The translations under genes were made by a program, and so were the position numbers. Source: an uncultured Oligoflexus sp. (GTDB taxonomy: Bacteria; Bdellovibrionota_B; Oligoflexia; Oligoflexales; Oligoflexaceae). From it: a stretch of 10,611 nt of DNA. The stretch's first letter is position 1. Every line of letters begins with the position of its first letter. Positions 7,412-10,611 of this stretch are shown in pieces. The notes below the pieces were generated by a model. It was not told the origin of the DNA. It ran no database searches and saw nothing but the letters and a program-made list of their open reading frames with translations. The stretch spans positions 1 to 10,611 of the forward strand of contig CAXSGP010000132.1 of the NCBI GenBank assembly GCA_964236955.1. Direction: 5' to 3'.

Positions 7412-8293
7412 TTAATTCACGGGAAGATTAGGCAGCGTCTGGCGAAGCTTAATGAGTTCATCGGTCGGCAGTTCATAGAGCTTACCGCAAAACTCGCAGC
7501 GTATCTCGCTGTCTTCGCCACTTGCTATCATATCGTCGAGCGTTATCGGCCCCAGCAGGAGCAGCGAACGTTCCACACGTTCGACGTTACAACCGCAGCG
7601 ATATTCCACCTCGTAGGGGTGGTCGATTGCTTCGAACTGAAAATTCAAGAGATAAACATCGATCAGTTCTTCAGCGCTGGCACCCTGCTGAATACGATCG
7701 CTAAGACTTCCCGTCATAGTCGAAAGGCTTTCTAATTTTTGAACCGTTGCGTCCGTGTAGCCGGGCATCAGTTCCACGATATAACCCCCTGCCCCTTCAA
7801 TCCCTGCGTCGAGGGGCAAAGCTGCCAACGCCACGATGGATGGAATCTGCTGAGACTGACCCAAATAATAGGCCACATCATCACCTATTTCGCCGCTCAG
7901 CAATTCAACGGAGCCGATCTGTGGCTGCCGGTTATGAGGCTGCTGCAGGGCAACCTCAAGCCCACCCGATCCTAATCCTGCGCCGATATTATTGACCCCA
8001 GGGGGAAGCTCCGCGCCCCGATTCTCACAATAGGCCCGGGTCGAGCCATTATATGAGGCCGAGGCAAAGATCGTTTTAACCGGTCCATTCCCTTGAAAAT
8101 TCAGACTTAGACTCAAGCCTTCTTTCAGCTGACTCGCCATCAGAACGGCGGCTGTCAAAGCCCGACTCGTGAGCACTTTGGCGAGAGGAGAGGCCTCCAG
8201 ATAGCGAAAGGCTTCATTCGCAATATCAGTCGAAATGACAGTTGATATGCGTATCGTACCATCAGTTGATAGATATTTTCGAACTTTAGTCAT
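7412..8293 (-). CDS. hslO: Hsp33 redox-regulated chaperone
   Basis: GNGPV, VELLSGEIGDDVAYYLGQSQQIPS, AGGYIVELMPG, and the zinc switch CGC..CEFC. Start placed at ATG 8293 (MTKVRK) with a GAGGGAG RBS. Confidence 0.93.
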   Translation of the reverse strand: MTKVRKYLSTDGTIRISTVISTDIANEAFRYLEASPLAKVLTSRALTAAVLMASQLKEGLSLSLNFQGNGPVKTIFASASYNGSTRAYCENRGAELPPGVNNIGAGLGSGGLEVALQQPHNRQPQIGSVELLSGEIGDDVAYYLGQSQQIPSIVALAALPLDAGIEGAGGYIVELMPGYTDATVQKLESLSTMTGSLSDRIQQGASAEELIDVYLLNFQFEAIDHPYEVEYRCGCNVERVERSLLLLGPITLDDMIASGEDSEIRCEFCGKLYELPTDELIKLRQTLPNLPVN

Positions 8294-8466
8294 ACGATTT
8301 CTCCCTCTCAAAAGCCTAAAATCGCCTTATACCAGTCCCGACCATTTAGTTCCAGGTCGTTTCAACGACGCAGCTGGACGTGGCGAAAGAGGCTAAATCA
8401 AGCTCGATCCTGTCAAGGTGAGAGGCGATCACCCGGTTTGCCGAGGAGCTCGGCCGGAGCCCCCGT

Positions 8467-9423
8467 TTAGTGCGGATTCTTGAGGAATTTCTTGACGATC
8501 CGCATCACTCGCATGGGCGATTCGTTTTGGGGACTATGACCGAGACCATGGAGAATCTCAAGTCTTGACACAGGAATTTCCTTCTGCAGAAAATAGCCCG
8601 TCTCATATGGGAAAAAGCTGTCCTTATCGCCCCAAAGCACCAGAGTTGGGGCCTTGATCTTTTTAAGCTCGTCGTTAAGTATGACTTTCCGAAGGCGTTT
8701 GTCCGTCATCGATTTGATGCCTTCCAGCAGGTCGGAGAGGATTTTTCGGTTCCATGTCGAATTCCTGGAAAATTCCTCATAGAGATGATCCCAGACCAAT
8801 GGTGGAATAATCGGCGGCTTTTGAAACACCCTATGCAGAAAATAATCAAACTGCACTTTGGAATGAATTTCAAAAACGACTCTGTCGTTTAAAAATTCAT
8901 GATAGATGGATGGGTGCTCGGGGATGACGATGCCGGCAGGATCGAGAAGGGTGAGAGATTGAATCAAGTGAGGCATTTTTATGGCTATTTTGATGGCGAT
9001 AGCACCGCCAAGAGAATTGCCGACAAGATGAAACTTTTCCCAGCCAAGACTGAGGAAGAGTTCGCAGAGCCAATCCGCATAATGGGCAAGATTAAAGGTT
9101 GCACTTGGATCCTTGAAACTTTTCCCGAAGCCGGGGAGGTCAGGAACCAGGAGATCAAAATCACTGACCAGCCGGTGAGCCGCATCAAAAAAATTCTCCT
9201 TGGAATCGGCAAAACCGTGGAGAAACACAACACGCTCAGCTTTGCCTCTTTCGACCAGGGCGTATTCGATAGGACGGGTGGTACCGAAGGTGCCGACTTC
9301 AGCACCCAGCATCGCGGTTCGGAGTTTGATATAGTTGGAGAAGATATCGGAGCCAACACTTTCCCTAAATGCGCCCGGAATTGCATCTTTGAGCTGTGCT
9401 AACACGTTTTTTTTAAATTTCAT
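8467..9423 (-). CDS. Alpha/beta fold hydrolase (lipase/esterase)
   Basis: FLHGF oxyanion motif, PDLPGFGKS, nucleophile elbow GNSLGG, acid in WGDKD, and His in GHSPQNE. Start placed at ATG 9423 (MKFKK) with an AAGGA RBS. Confidence 0.92.
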   Translation of the reverse strand: MKFKKNVLAQLKDAIPGAFRESVGSDIFSNYIKLRTAMLGAEVGTFGTTRPIEYALVERGKAERVVFLHGFADSKENFFDAAHRLVSDFDLLVPDLPGFGKSFKDPSATFNLAHYADWLCELFLSLGWEKFHLVGNSLGGAIAIKIAIKMPHLIQSLTLLDPAGIVIPEHPSIYHEFLNDRVVFEIHSKVQFDYFLHRVFQKPPIIPPLVWDHLYEEFSRNSTWNRKILSDLLEGIKSMTDKRLRKVILNDELKKIKAPTLVLWGDKDSFFPYETGYFLQKEIPVSRLEILHGLGHSPQNESPMRVMRIVKKFLKNPH

Positions 9424-9575
9424 GTATATCAATCCTTACTGGAACTTCAGCGCAATGCGAGAGGGACAGATCCACCGGAGGTCTATCGACGACTTTCGCG
9501 AAGTCTTTAGGATTTTTAAGATGGAAGAGTTTTTTAGCTGAATTTTTAATGAGTTAACCAGGCAAGACCGCAAGC

Positions 9576-9604
9576 CTGACCAAGATCCTTACGCCTGGTA
9601 CAAT
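9576..9604 (+). promoter_or_regulatory. Putative sigma-70 promoter with extended -10
   Basis: CTGACC (9576-9581) - 17 bp - TACAAT (9599-9604) with TG at 9596-9597. Predicted transcription start near 9610-9611. Confidence 0.5.
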
Positions 9605-9640
9605 GTGATGGCCCCCCGGGTAAAGGCCCTCTGAATCAAA

Positions 9641-9673
9641 CAGGGTGGGAGTAGACCCTGCCTTTGTTCTTTT
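9641..9673 (+). terminator. Possible intrinsic terminator/attenuator
   Basis: CAGGGT 9641-9646 / ACCCTG 9655-9660 stem followed by CCTTTGTTCTTTT. The U-tract is imperfect. Confidence 0.35.
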
Positions 9674-9873
9674 GAAAAAATAAGAGGCTAAGCGACTTTG
9701 ATTTTAGTAAAGATAAAACTCCTGCTTCAAACCGGGTCTGCTGAAGGCTTCGACCCCTACCATGAAGCAGGGGGAACGCGGGCAGGCTTTTCTTAGCAGG
9801 CGAGTCGCTGTAGTGTGCAATTCATCATGAGCCGACCGGAATATAATGCAAAAGCTATCTGGAGTTTTTTTTC

Positions 9874-10431
9874 ATGTCTAAATACCCCTTTAAGGCCATT
9901 TTTCACCCGACTGGCTTAGGCTTAGCCACTCTATTGAGTCAGTCGTTACTGGCTCATGGTTGGATTACTTCGCCACCCAGTCGACAGGAATTATGTGCCA
10001 GGCGATTGGCTCCCTATGATTGTGGAGGCTTGCAATGGGAGCCTCAAAGTGTAGAGTCCAAGAAAGGTTCTAAGCTCTGTAGCGGTGGTGGCGACTTTGA
10101 GATCTTAGACAAAAATACAGAGTGGCCGGCAACGCAGGTGCAATCCGAAGTATCCATCCACTGGACCTTAACCGCTGCCCACAGAACCAGCAGTTGGCTC
10201 TACTACGTCGATGGCGAGCTCTACAAAACCTTCGATATGAAAAATACAGTTCCCTCCCCAAACATAGAGCACCGATTAAGCGGTCTCAGCAGTGGGGCCC
10301 ATACCATTCTCGGAGTTTGGAATATTGCTGATACGGCTAATGCTTTCTATAACTGTGTTGACGTTATCGTGAGCGATAAGGGCAGTGGTGACTCTGCCAC
10401 GGTATCGAAAATTGAAAAGGGATCAGATTGA
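9874..10431 (+). CDS. Lytic polysaccharide monooxygenase, AA10 (CBP21/chitin-binding type), secreted
   Basis: Signal peptide ending LLA, followed by N-terminal His (HGWITSPPSRQ). Also WEPQSVE, second copper His in WTLTAAH, and C-terminal GVWNIADTANAFYNCVDV. GGAG RBS at 9861-9864. Confidence 0.93.
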   Translation: MSKYPFKAIFHPTGLGLATLLSQSLLAHGWITSPPSRQELCARRLAPYDCGGLQWEPQSVESKKGSKLCSGGGDFEILDKNTEWPATQVQSEVSIHWTLTAAHRTSSWLYYVDGELYKTFDMKNTVPSPNIEHRLSGLSSGAHTILGVWNIADTANAFYNCVDVIVSDKGSGDSATVSKIEKGSD

Positions 10432-10611
10432 AACGGGAGTTGGAATGGGGGCCGACGAAAAACTGCATAGCTTGACAGACCTGCGATGGGTGACATGCGC
10501 TGGAATCATCGTAAAAGAGTCATGGAAAAGTGAAGACGTAGCCGAGGCTTCGGAAACTTCAAGACCTTCATCGCTCGCAATCCCAAATCAGAATTTAACC
10601 ACCTAATCCTT

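Noticed and set aside
8899..9541. ORFs 8899-9402 (+), 8985-9386 (-) and 9335-9541 (+)
   Set aside because: They overlap the hydrolase gene and have no motifs.
9734..9760. GTAG-type REP element on the minus strand (GTAG-GGGTC..GACCC)
   Set aside because: Only one copy was seen in the window and there is no RAYT/TnpA gene. A genome-wide copy count would be needed.
9644..9809. yybP-ykoY (Mn2+) riboswitch suggested by GGGAGTAG..GGCGAG
   Set aside because: The P1.1 pairing is mismatched (GAC versus GGC), the L3 loop motif is missing, and the downstream gene is not a metal transporter.
1..10611. CRISPR array, tRNA/rRNA, transposase, integrase or defence genes
   Set aside because: No regularly spaced repeats, cloverleaf motifs or matching protein signatures were seen.

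Overview
Bacterial chromosomal window of core and accessory genes with no mobile element or CRISPR array. The gene set and 6S RNA style suggest a deltaproteobacteria-like or Bdellovibrionota host (inference only). In order: a 5'-truncated 6S RNA with a bidirectional terminator; a stand-alone Hpt protein (-); a divergent sigma-70-family factor (-); a gamma-glutamylcyclotransferase/AIG2-like gene broken by one in-frame TAG (+); a lipoprotein metzincin protease (+); a TonB/TolA-like protein (+); a Zur-like Fur regulator (-); an orphan double-domain peptide ABC ATPase (+); Hsp33/hslO (-); an alpha/beta-hydrolase lipase (-); and an AA10 lytic polysaccharide monooxygenase (+). The most notable observations are the sigma factor with non-canonical DNA-recognition residues, the amber-interrupted gene, a promoter-driven structured RNA candidate upstream of the LPMO, a possible decayed CBM2-like tail on the LPMO, and long hairpins in several intergenic regions. 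No complete novel system can be demonstrated from sequence alone.
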